Source: Paragordius varius (lineage: Eukaryota; Animalia; Nematomorpha). From it: a stretch of 64,000 nucleotides of DNA. This document shows, one piece after another, positions 28,401-41,800 of this stretch. The stretch covers positions 1,426,001-1,490,000 of the forward strand of contig OZ176050.1 of assembly GCA_964247055.1 (NCBI GenBank). Reading direction: 5' to 3'. Made by a program: the position numbers and the translations under genes. The stretch's first letter is position 1. Every line of letters starts with the position of its first letter. Under the pieces are notes generated by a model. It was not told the DNA's origin and searched no databases. It worked only from the letters and a program-made list of their open reading frames with translations.

Positions 28401-31261
28401 CAATAAATCGCACCAATACTCAAGTTAAACTTTGTCCTTAAAAATCGGATTTTGATCACAGGTGAACAAAATTATTTTTTATACATTCTCTTAGTAAGAC
28501 TACATCAAAATATAGAGATAGTTTGACAAACTCTTTCATATCCGATTTTTACAACGATACTTTAAAAATTAATGTATTAAACTAATCGCATCAATACTCA
28601 AGTTAAACTTTGTCCTTAAAAATCGAATATACCGGTGAAGAAAATTATTTTTTATACATTCTCTTTGTAGGACTACATCAAAATATAGAGATAGTTTGAC
28701 AAACTCTTTCATATCCGATTTTTACAACGATACTTTAAAAATTATGGTACCAGTCGCATCAATACTCAAGTTAAACTTTGTCCTTAAAAATCGGATATTG
28801 GTCACCGGTGAACAAAATTATTTTTTATACATTCTCTTAGCAAGACTACATCAAAATATAGAGATAGTTTGACAAACTCTTTCATATCCGATTTTTACAA
28901 CGATACTTTATAAATTAATGTATAAAACTAGTCGTATCAATAAATCGCACCAATACTCAAGTTAAACTTTGTCCTTAAAAATCGGATTTTGATCACCGGT
29001 GAACAAAATTATTTTTTATACATTCTCTTAGTAGGACTACATCAAAATATAGAGATAGTTTGGCAAACTCTTTCATATCCGATTTTTAAAACGATACTTT
29101 AAAAATTAAAGTATAAAACTAGTCGCATCAATACTCAAGTTAAATTTTGTCCTTAAAAATGGGATATTGGTCACCGGTGAACAAAATTATTTTTTATACA
29201 TTCTCTTAGTAAGACTACATCAAAATATAGAGATAGTTTGACAAACTCTTTCATATCTTTACAACGATACTTTCAAAATTAGTGTATTAAACTAGTCGCA
29301 TCAATACTCAAGCTAAACATTGTCCTTAAAAATCGGATATTGGTCACCGGTGAACAAAATTATTTTTTATACATTATCTTAGCAAGACTACATCAAAATA
29401 TAGAGATAGTTTGACAAACTCTTTCATATTCGATTTTTACAGCGATACTTTAAAAATTAATGTATTAAACTAGTCGCATCAATACTCAAGTTAAATTTTG
29501 TCCTTAAAAATCGGATATTGGTCACCGGTGAACAAAATTATTTTTTATACATTCTCTTAGTAAGACTACATCAAAATATAGAAATAGTTTGACAAACTCT
29601 TTCATATCCGATTTTTACAACGATACTTTAAAAATTAATAAATTAAACTAGTCGCATCAATACCCAAGTTAAACTTTGTCCTTAAAAATCGGATATTGGT
29701 CACCGGTGAACAAAATTATTTTTTATACATTCTCTTTGTAAGACTACATCAAAATATAGAGATAGTTTGACAAACTCTTTCATATCCGATTTTCAAAACC
29801 ATACTTTAAAAATTAATGTATAAAACTAGTCGCATCAATACTCAAGTTAAATTTTGTCCTTAAAAATGGGATATTGGTCACCGGTGAACAAAACTATTTT
29901 TTATACATTCTCTTAGTCAGACTACATCAAAATATAGAGATAGTTTGACCTCTTTTATATATATGATTTTTACAACGATACTTTAAAAATTAATGTATAA
30001 AATAGTCGCATCAATACTCAAGTAAAACCCGGTGAACAAAATTATTTTTTATACATTCTCTTAGTAGGACTACATCAAAATATAGAGATAGTTTGACAAA
30101 CTCTTTCATATCCGATTTTTACAACGATACTTTAAAAATTATGGTACCAGTCGCATCAATACTCAAGTTAAACTTTGTCCTTAAAAATCGGATATTGGTC
30201 ACCGGTGAACAATATTATTTTTTATACATTCTCTTAGCAAGATTACATCAAAATATAGAGATAGTTTGACAAACTCTTTCATATCCGATTTTTACAACGA
30301 TACTTTATAAATTAATGTATAAAACTAGTCGTATCAATAAATCGCACCAATACTCAAGTTAAACTTTGTCCTTAAAAATCGGATTTTGATCACAGGTGAA
30401 CAAAATTATTTTTTATACATTCTCTTAGTAAGACTACATCAAAATATAGAGATAGTTTGACAAACTCTTTCATATCCGATTTTTACAACGATACTTTAAA
30501 AATTAATGTATTAAACTAATCGCATCAATACTCAAGTTAAACTTTGTCCTTAAAAATCGAATATACCGGTGAAGAAAATTATTTTTTATACATTCTCTTT
30601 GTAGGACTACATCAAAATATAGAGATAGTTTGACAAACTCTTTCATATCCGATTTTTACAACGATACTTTAAAAATTATGGTACCAGTCGCATCAATACT
30701 CAAGTTAAACTTTGTCCTTAAAAATCGGATATTGGTCACCGGTGAACAAAATTATTTTTTATACATTCTCTTAGCAAGACTACATCAAAATATAGAGATA
30801 GTTTGACAAACTCTTTCATATCCGATTTTTACAACGATACTTTATAAATTAATGTATAAAACTAGTCGTATCAATAAATCGCACCAATACTCAAGTTAAA
30901 CTTTGTCCTTAAAAATCGGATTTTGATCACCGGTGAACAAAATTATTTTTTATACATTCTCTTAGTAGGACTACATCAAAATATAGAGATAGTTTGGCAA
31001 ACTCTTTCATATCCGATTTTTAAAACGATACTTTAAAAATTAAAGTATAAAACTAGTCGCATCAATACTCAAGTTAAATTTTGTCCTTAAAAATGGGATA
31101 TTGGTCACCGGTGAACAAAATTATTTTTTATACATTCTCTTAGTAAGACTACATCAAAATATAGAGATAGTTTGACAAACTCTTTCATATCTTTACAACG
31201 ATACTTTCAAAATTAGTGTATTAAACTAGTCGCATCAATACTCAAGCTAAACATTGTCCTT
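22469..31261 (+). repeat. 11/14-monomer higher-order repeat (1932/2469 bp), about 4 copies, with a variable internal 537-bp trimer
   Basis: The marker monomer (ttttgatcacc, aaagt, aaatttt) recurs at 24576, 27045, 28977 and 30911 (spacing 2469, 1932, 1934). The 28-bp deletion junctions lie at about 23161, 25625, 28094 and 30028. Confidence 0.9.
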
Positions 31262-32354
31262 AAAAATCGGATATTGGTCACCGGTGAACAAAATTATTTT
31301 TTATACATTCTCTTAGTAGGACTACATCAAAATATAGAGATAGTTTGGCAAACTCTTTCATATCCGATTTTTAAAACGATACTTTAAAAATTAATGTATT
31401 AAACTAGTCGCATCAATACTCAAGTTAAACTTTGTCCTAAAAATCGGATATTGGTCACCGGTGAACAAAATTATTTTTTATACATTCTCTTAGCAAGACT
31501 ACATCAAAATATAGAGATAGTTTGACAAACTCTTTCATATCCGATTTTTACAACGATACTTTATAAATTAATGTATAAACTAGTCGTATCAATAAATCGC
31601 ATCAATACTCAAGTTAAACTTTGTCCTTAAAAATCGGATTTTGATCACCGGTGAACAAAATTATTTTTTATACATTCTCTTAGTAGGACTACATCAAAAT
31701 ATAGAGATAGTTTGGCAAACTCTTTCATATCCGATTTTTAAAACGATACTTTAAAAATTAATGTATTAAACTAGTCGCATCAATACTGAAGTTAAACTTT
31801 GTCCTAAAAATCGGATATTGGTCACCGGTGAACAAAATTATTTTTTATACATTCTCTTAGCAAGACTACATCAAAATATAGAGATAGTTTGACAAACTCT
31901 TTCATATCCGATTTTTACAACGATACTTTATAAATTAATGTATAAACTAGTCGTATCAATAAATCGCATCAATACTCAAGTTATACTTTGTCCTTAAAAA
32001 TCGGATTTTGATCACCGGTGAACAAAATTATTTTTTATACATTCTCTTAGTAGGACTACATCAAAATATAGAAATAGTTTGGCAAACTCTTTCATATCCG
32101 ATTTTTAAAACGATACTTTAAAAATTAATGTATAAAACTAGTCGCATCAATACTCAAGTTAAACTTTGTCCTTAAAAATCGGATATTGGTCACCGGTGAA
32201 CAAAATTATTATTTTATACATTCTCTTAGTAGGAGACTACATCAAAATATAGAGATAGTTTGGCAAACTCTTTCATATCCGATTTTTACAACGATACTTT
32301 AAAAATTAATGTATAAAACTAGTCGCATCAATACTCAAGTTAAACTTTGTCCTT

Positions 32355-35300
32355 AAAAATCGGATATTGGTCACCGGTGAACAAAATAATTTTTTATACA
32401 TTCTCTTAGTAAGACTACATCAAAATATAGAGATAGCTTGACAAACTCTTTCATATCCGATTTTTAAAACCATACTTTAAAAATTAATGTATAAAACTAG
32501 TCGCATCAATACTCAGGTTAAATTTTGTCCTTAAAAATGGGATATTGGTCACCGGTGAACAAAACTATTTTTTATACATTCTCTTAGTCAGACTACATCA
32601 AAATATAGAGATAGTTTGACCTCTTTCATATCCGATTTTTACAACGATACTTTAAAAATTAATGTATAAAACTAGTCGCATCAATACTCAAGTAAAACCC
32701 GGTGAACAAAATTATTTTTTATACATTCTCTTAGTAGGACTACATCAAAATATAGAGATAGTTTGACAAACTCTTTCATATCCGATTTTTACAACGATAC
32801 TTTAAAAATTATGGTACCAGTCGCATCAATACTCAAGTTAAACTTTGTCCTTAAAAATCGGATATTGGTCACCTTTGAACAAAATTATTTTTTATACATT
32901 CTCTTAGCAAGACTACATCAAAATATAGAGATAGTTTGACAAACTCTTTCATATCCGATTTTTACAACGATACTTTATAAATTAATGTATAAAACTAGTC
33001 GTATCAATAAATCGCACCAATACTCAAGTTAAACTTTGTCCTTAAAAATCGGATTTTGATCACCGGTGAACAAAATTATTTTTTATACATTCTCTTAGTA
33101 GGACTACATCAAAATATAGAGATAGTTTGGCAAACTCTTTCATATCCGATTTTTAAAACGATACTTTAAAAATTAAAGTATAAAACTAGTCGCATCAATA
33201 CTCAAGTTAAATTTTGTCCTTAAAAATGGGATATTGGTCACCGGTGAACAAAATTATTTTTTATACATTCTCTTAGTAAGACTACATCAAAATATAGAGA
33301 TAGTTTGACAAACTCTTTCATATCTTTACAACGATACTTTCAAAATTAATGTATTAAACTAGTCGCATCAATACTCAAGCTAAACATTGTCCTTAAAAAT
33401 CCGATATTGGTCACCGGTGATCAAAATTATTTTTTATACATTCTCTTAGCAAGACTACATCAAAATATAGAGATAGTTTGACAAACTCTTTCATATTCGA
33501 TTTTTACAACGATACTTTATAAATTAATGTATAAAACTAGTCGTATCAATAAATCGCATCAATACTCAAGTTAAACTTTGTCCTTAAAAATCGGATTTTG
33601 ATCACCGGTGAACAAAATTATTTTTTATACATTCTCTTAGTAGGACTACATCAAAATATAGAGATAGTTTGGCAAATTCTTTCATATCCGATTTTTAAAA
33701 CGATACTTTAAAAATTAATGTATAAAACTAGTCGCATCAATACTCAAGTTAAACTTTGTCCTTAAAAATCGGATATTGGTCACCGGTGAACAAAATAATT
33801 TTTTATACATTCTCTTAGTAAGACTACATCAAAATATAGAGATAGCTTGACAAACTCTTTCATATCTGATTTTTACAACGATACTTTAAAAATTAATGTA
33901 TAAAACTTGTCGCATCAATACTCAGTCCTTAAAAATCGGATATTGGTCACCGGTGAACAAAATTATTTTTTATACATTCTCTTAGTAAGACTACATCTAA
34001 ATATAGAAATAGTTTGACAAACTCTTTCATATCCAATTTTTACAACGATACTTTAAAAATTAATGTATTAAACTAGTCGCATCAATACTCAAGTTAAACT
34101 TTGTCCTAAAAATCGGATATTGGTCACCGGTGAACAAAATTATTTTTTATACATTCTCTTAGCAAGACTACATCAAAATATAGAGATAGCTTGACAAACT
34201 CTTTCATATCCGATTTTTAAAACCATACTTTAAAAATTAATGTATAAAACTAGTCGCATCAATACTCAGGTTAAATTTTGTCCTTAAAAATGGGATATTG
34301 GTCACCGGTGAACAAAACTATTTTTTATACATTCTCTTAGTCAGACTACATCAAAATATAGAGATAGTTTGACCTCTTTCATATCCGATTTTTACAACGA
34401 TACTTTAAAAATTAATGTATAAAACTAGTCGCATCAATACTCAAGTAAAACCCGGTGAACAAAATTATTTTTTATACATTCTCTTAGTAGGACTACATCA
34501 AAATATAGAGATAGTTTGACAAACTCTTTCATATCCGATTTTTACAACGATACTTTAAAAATTATGGTACCAGTCGCATCAATACTCAAGTTAAACTTTG
34601 TCCTTAAAAATCGGATATTGGTCACCTTTGAACAAAATTATTTTTTATACATTCTCTTAGCAAGACTACATCAAAATATAGAGATAGTTTGACAAACTCT
34701 TTCATATCCGATTTTTACAACGATACTTTATAAATTAATGTATAAAACTAGTCGTATCAATAAATCGCACCAATACTCAAGTTAAACTTTGTCCTTAAAA
34801 ATCGGATTTTGATCACCGGTGAACAAAATTATTTTTTATACATTCTCTTAGTAGGACTACATCAAAATATAGAGATAGTTTGGCAAACTCTTTCATATCC
34901 GATTTTTAAAACGATACTTTAAAAATTAAAGTATAAAACTAGTCGCATCAATACTCAAGTTAAATTTTGTCCTTAAAAATGGGATATTGGTCACCGGTGA
35001 ACAAAATTATTTTTTATACATTCTCTTAGTAAGACTACATCAAAATATAGAGATAGTTTGACAAACTCTTTCATATCTTTACAACGATACTTTCAAAATT
35101 AATGTATTAAACTAGTCGCATCAATACTCAAGCTAAACATTGTCCTTAAAAATCCGATATTGGTCACCGGTGATCAAAATTATTTTTTATACATTCTCTT
35201 AGCAAGACTACATCAAAATATAGAGATAGTTTGACAAACTCTTTCATATTCGATTTTTACAACGATACTTTATAAATTAATGTATAAAACTAGTCGTATC

Positions 35301-35860
35301 AATAAATCGCATCAATACTCAAGTTAAACTTTGTCCTTAAAAATCGGATTTTGATCACCGGTGAACAAAATTATTTTTTATACATTCTCTTAGTAGGACT
35401 ACATCAAAATATAGAGATAGTTTGGCAAATTCTTTCATATCCGATTTTTAAAACGATACTTTAAAAATTAATGTATAAAACTAGTCGCATCAATACTCAA
35501 GTTAAACTTTGTCCTTAAAAATCGGATATTGGTCACCGGTGAACAAAATAATTTTTTATACATTCTCTTAGTAAGACTACATCAAAATATAGAGATAGCT
35601 TGACAAACTCTTTCATATCTGATTTTTACAACGATACTTTAAAAATTAATGTATAAAACTTGTCGCATCAATACTCAGTCCTTAAAAATCGGATATTGGT
35701 CACCGGTGAACAAAATTATTTTTTATACATTCTCTTAGTAAGACTACATCTAAATATAGAAATAGTTTGACAAACTCTTTCATATCCAATTTTTACAACG
35801 ATACTTTAAAAATTAATGTATTAAACTAGTCGCATCAATACTCAAGTTAAACTTTGTCCT
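32355..35860 (+). repeat. 10-monomer unit (1753 bp), two tandem copies
   Basis: cacctttgaac monomers at 32853 and 34606; atccgat/gtgatc at 33395 and 35148; tacatctaaat at 33931 and 35684. Confidence 0.92.
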
Positions 35861-38800
35861 AAAAATCGGATATTGGTCACCGGTGAACAAAATTATTTTT
35901 TATACATTCTCTTAGCAAGACTACATCAAAATATAGAGATAGTTTGACAAACTCTTTCATATCCGATTTTTACAACGATACTTTATAAATTAATGTATAA
36001 AACTAGTCGTATCAATAAATCGCATCAATACTCAAGTTAAACTTTGTCCTTAAAAATCGGATTTTGATCACCGGTGAACAAAATTATTTTTTATACATTC
36101 TCTTGGTAGGACTACATCAAAATATAGAGATAGTTTGGCAAACTCTTTCATATCCGATTTTTAAAACGATACTTTAAAAATTAATGTATAAAACTAGTCG
36201 CATCAATACTCAAGTTAAACTTTGTCCTTAAAAATCGGATATTGGTCACCGGTGAACAAAATTATTTTTTATACATTCTCTTAGTAGGACTACATCAAAA
36301 TATAGAGATAGTTTGGCAAACTCTTTCATATCCGATTTTTACAACGATACTTTAAAAATTAATGTATAAAACTAGTCGCATCAATACTCAAGTTAAACTT
36401 TGTCCTTAAAAATCGGATATTGGTCACCGGTGAACAAAATAATTTTTTATACATTCTCTTAGTAAGACTACATCAAAATATAGAGATAGCTTGAGAAACT
36501 CTTTCATATCTGATTTTTACAACGATACTTTAAAAATTAATGTATAAAACTAGTCGCATCAATACTCAGTCCTTAAAAATCGGATATTGGTCATCGGTGA
36601 ACAAAATTATTGTTTATACATTCTCTTAGTAAGACTAGATCAAAATATAGAAATAGTTTGACAAACTCTTTCATATCCAATTTTTACAACGATACTTTAA
36701 AAATTAATGTATTAAACTAGTCGCATCAATACTCAAGTTAAACTTTGTCCTTAAAAATCGGATATTGGTCACCGGTGAACAAAATTATTTTTTATACATT
36801 CTCTTAGCAAGACTACATCAAAATATAGAGATAGTTTGACAAACTCTTTCATATCTGATTTTTACAACGATACTTTAAAAATTAATGTATAAAACTAGTC
36901 GCATCAATACTCAAGTTAAACTTTGTTCTTAAAAATCGAATATTGGTCACCGGTGAACAAAATTATTTTTTATACATTCTCTTAGTAAGACTACATCAAA
37001 ATATAGAAATATTTTGACAAACTCTTTCATATCTTTTTACAACGATACTTTAAAAATTAATGTATTAAACTAGTCGCATCAATACTCAAGCTAAACATTG
37101 TAATTAAAAATCGGATATTGGTCACCGGTGAACAAAATTATTTTTTATAAATTCTCTTAGCAAGACTACATCAAAATATAGAGATAGTTTGACAAATTCT
37201 TTCATATCCGATTTTAACAACGATACTTTATAAATTAATGTATAAAACTAGTCGTATCAATAAATCGCACCAATACTCAAGTTAAACTTTGTCCTTAAAA
37301 ATCGGATTTTGATCACCGGTGAACAAAATTGTTTTTTATACATTCTCTTAGTAGGACTACATCAAAATATAGAGATAGTTTGGCAAACTCTTTCATATCC
37401 GATTTTTAAAACGATACTTTCAAATTAAAGTATAAAACTAGTCGCATCAATACTCAAGTTAAATTTTGTCCTTAAAAATGGGATATTGGTCACCGGTGAA
37501 CAAAATTATTTTTTATACATTCTCTTAGTAAGACTACATGAAAATATAGAGATAGTTTGACAAACTCTTTCATATCCGATTTTTACAACGATACTTTAAA
37601 AATTAATGTATTAAACTAGTCGCATCAATACTCAAGCTAAACATTGTCCTTAAAAATCGGATATTGGTCACCGGTGAACAAAATTATTTTTTATACATTC
37701 TCTTAGCAAGACTACATCAAAATATAGAGATAGTTTGACAAACTCTTTCATATCCGATTTTTACAACGATACTTTATAAATTAATGGTTAAAACTAGTCG
37801 TATCAATAAATCGCATCAATACTCAAGTTAAACTTTGTCCTTAAAAATCGGATTTTGATCACCGGTGAACAAAATTATTTTTTATACATTCTCTTAGTAG
37901 GACTACATCAAAATATAGAGATAGTTTGGCAAACTCTTTCATATCCGATTTTTAAAACGATACTTTAAAAATTAATGTATAAAACTAGTCGCATCAATAC
38001 TCAAATTAAACTTTGTCCTTAAAAATCGGATATTGGTCACCGGTGAACAAAATTATTTTTTATACATTCTCTTAGTAGGACTACATCAAAATATAGAGAT
38101 AGTTTGGCAAACTCTTTCATATCCGATTTTTACAACGATACTTTAAAAATTAATGTATAAAACTAGTCGCATCAATACTCAAGTTAAACTTTGTCCTTAA
38201 AAATCCGATATTGGTCACCGGTGAACAAAATAATTTTTTATACATTCTCTTACTAAGACTACATCAAAATATAGAGATAGCTTGACAAACTCTTTCATAT
38301 CTGATTTTTACAACGATACTTTAAAAATTAATGTATAAAACTAGTCGCATCAATACTCAGTCCTTAAAAATCGGATATTGGTCACCGGTGAACAAAATTA
38401 TTTTTTATACATTCTCTTAGTAAGACTACATCAAAATATAGAAATAGTTTGACAAACTCTTTCATATCCAATTTTTACAACGATACTTTAAAAATTAATG
38501 TATTAAACTAGTCGCATCAATACTCAAGTTAAACTTTGTCCTTAAAAATCGGATTATGGTCACCGGTGAACAAAATTATTTTTTATACATTCTCTTAGTA
38601 GGACTACATCAAAATATAGAGATAGTTTGGCAAACTCTTTCATATCCGATTTTTACAACGATACTTTAAAAATTAATGTATAAAACTAGTCGCATCAATA
38701 CTCAAGTTAAAATTTGTCCTTAAAAATCCGATATTGGTCACCGGTGAACAAAATAATTTTTTATACATTCTCTTAGTAAGACTACATCAAAATATAGAGA

Positions 38801-41800
38801 TAGCTTGACAAACTCTTTCATATCTGATTTTTACAACGATACTTTAAAAATTAATGTATAAAACTAGTCGCATCAATACTCAGTCCTTAAAAATCGGATA
38901 TTGGTCACCGGTGAAAAAAATTATTTTTTATACATTCTCTTAGTAAGACTACATCAAAATATAGAAATAGTTTGACAAACTCTTTCATATCCAATTTTTA
39001 CAACGATACTTTAAAAATTAATGTATTAAACTAGTCGCATCAATACTCAAGTTAAACTTTGTCCTTAAAAATCGGATATTGGTCACCGGTGAACAAAATT
39101 ATTTTTTATACATTCTCTTAGTAAGACTACATCAAAATATAGAGATAGCTTGACAAACTCTTTCATATCTGATTTTTACAACGATACTTTAAAAATTAAT
39201 GTATAAAACTAGTCGCATCAATACTCAGTCCTTAAAAATCGGATATTGGTCACCGGTGAACAAAATTATTTTTTATACATTCTCTTAGTAAGACTACATC
39301 AAAATATAGAAATAGTTTGACAAACTCTTTCATATCCAATTTTTACAACGATACTTTAAAAATTAATGTATTAAACTAGTCGCATCAATACTCAAGTTAA
39401 ACTTTGTCCTTAAAAATCGGATATTGGTCACCGGTGAACAAAATTATTTTTTATACATTCTCTTAGCAAGACTACATCAAAATATAGAGATAGTTTGACA
39501 AACTCTTTCATATCTGATTTTTACAACGATACTTTAAAAATTAATGTATAAAACTAGTCGCATCAATACTCAGTCCTTAAAAATCGGATATTGGTCACCG
39601 GTGAACAAAATTATTTTTTATACATTCTCTTAGTAAGACTACATCAAAATATAGAAATAGTTTGACAAACTCTTTCATATCCAATTTTTACAACGATACT
39701 TTAAAAATTAATGTATTAAACTAGTCGCATCAATACTCAAGTTAAACTTTGTCCTTAAAAATCGGATATTGGTCACCGGTGAACAAAATTATTTTTTATA
39801 CATTCTCTTAGTAGGACTACATCAAAATATAGAGATAGTTTGGCACACTCTTTCATATCCGAATTTTTAAAACGATACTTTAAAAATTAATGTATAAAAC
39901 TAGTCGCATCAATACTCAAGTTAAACTTTGTCCTTAAAAATCGGATATTGGTCACCGGTGAACAAAATAATTTTTTATACATTCTATTAGTAAGACTACA
40001 TCAAAATATAGAAATAGTTTGACAAACTCTTTCATATCCAATTTTTACAACGATACTTTAAAAATTAATGTATTAAACTAGTCGCATCAATACTCAAGTT
40101 AAACTTTGTCCTTAAAAATCGGATATTGGTCACCGGTGAACAAAATTATTTTTTATACATTCTCTTAGCAAGACTACATCAAAATATAGAGATAGTTTGA
40201 CAAACTCTTTCATATCTGATTTTTACAACGATACTTTAAAAATTAATGTATAAAACTAGTCGCATCAATACTCAAGTTAAACTTTGTCCTTAAAAATCGG
40301 ATATTGGTCACCGGTGAACAAAATTATTTTTATACATTCTCTTAGTAAGACTACATCAAAATATAGAAATAGTTTGACAAACTCTTTCATATCCAATTTT
40401 TACAACGATACTTTAAAAATTAATGTATTAAACTAGTCGCATCAATACTCAAGTTAAACTTTGTCCTTAAAAATCGGATATTGGTCACCGGTGAACAAAA
40501 TTATTTTTTATACATTCTCTTAGCAATACTACATCAAAATATAGAGATAGTTTGACAAACTCTTTCATATCTGATTTTCACAACGATACTTTAAAAATTA
40601 ATGTATAAAACTAGTCGCATCAATACTCAAGTTAAACTTTGTCCTTAAAAATCGAATATTGGTCACCGGTGAATAAAATTATTTTTTATACATTCTCTTA
40701 GTAAGACTACATCAAAATATAGAAATATTTTGACCTCTTTCATATCCGATTTTTACAACGATACTTTAAAAATTAATGTATTAAACTAGTCGCATCAATA
40801 CTCAAGTTAAACTTTGTCCTTAAAAATCGGATTTTGATCACCGGTGAACAAAATTATTTTTTATACATTCTCTTAGTAGGACTACATCAAAATATAGAGA
40901 TAGTTTGGAAAATTCTTTCATATCCGATTTTTAAAACGATACTTTAAAAATTAATGTATAAAACTAGTCGCATCAATACTCAAGTTAAACTTTGTCCTTA
41001 AAAATCGGATATTGGTCACCGGTGAACAAAATAATTTTTTATACATTCTCTTAGTAAGACTACATCAAAATATAGAGATAGCTTGACAAACTCTTTCATA
41101 TCTGATTTTTACAACGATACTTTAAAAATTAATGTATAAAACTTGTCGCATCAATACTCAGTCCTTAAAAATCGGATATTGGTCACCGGTGAACAAAATT
41201 ATTTTTTATACATTCTCTTAGTAAGACTACATCTAAATATAGAAATAGTTTGACAAACTCTTTCATATCCAATTTTTACAACGATACTTTAAAAATTAAT
41301 GTATTAAACTAGTCGCATCAATACTCAAGTTAAACTTTGTCCTAAAAATCGGATATTGGTCACCGGTGAACAAAATTATTTTTTATACATTCTCTTAGCA
41401 AGACTACATCAAAATATAGAGATAGTTTGACAAACTCTTTCATATCCGATTTTTACAACGATACTTTATAAATTAATGTATAAAACTAGTCGTATCAATA
41501 AATCGCATCAATACTCAAGTTAAACTTTGTCCTTAAAAATCGGATTTTGATCACCGGTGAACAAAATTATTTTTTATACATTCTCTTGGTAGGACTACAT
41601 CAAAATATAGAGATAGTTTGGCAAACTCTTTCATATCCGATTTTTAAAACGATACTTTAAAAATTAATGTATAAAACTAGTCGCATCAATACTCAAGTTA
41701 AACTTTGTCCTTAAAAATCGGATATTGGTCACCGGTGAACAAAATTATTTTTTATACATTCTCTTAGTAGGACTACATCAAAATATAGAGATAGTTTGGC

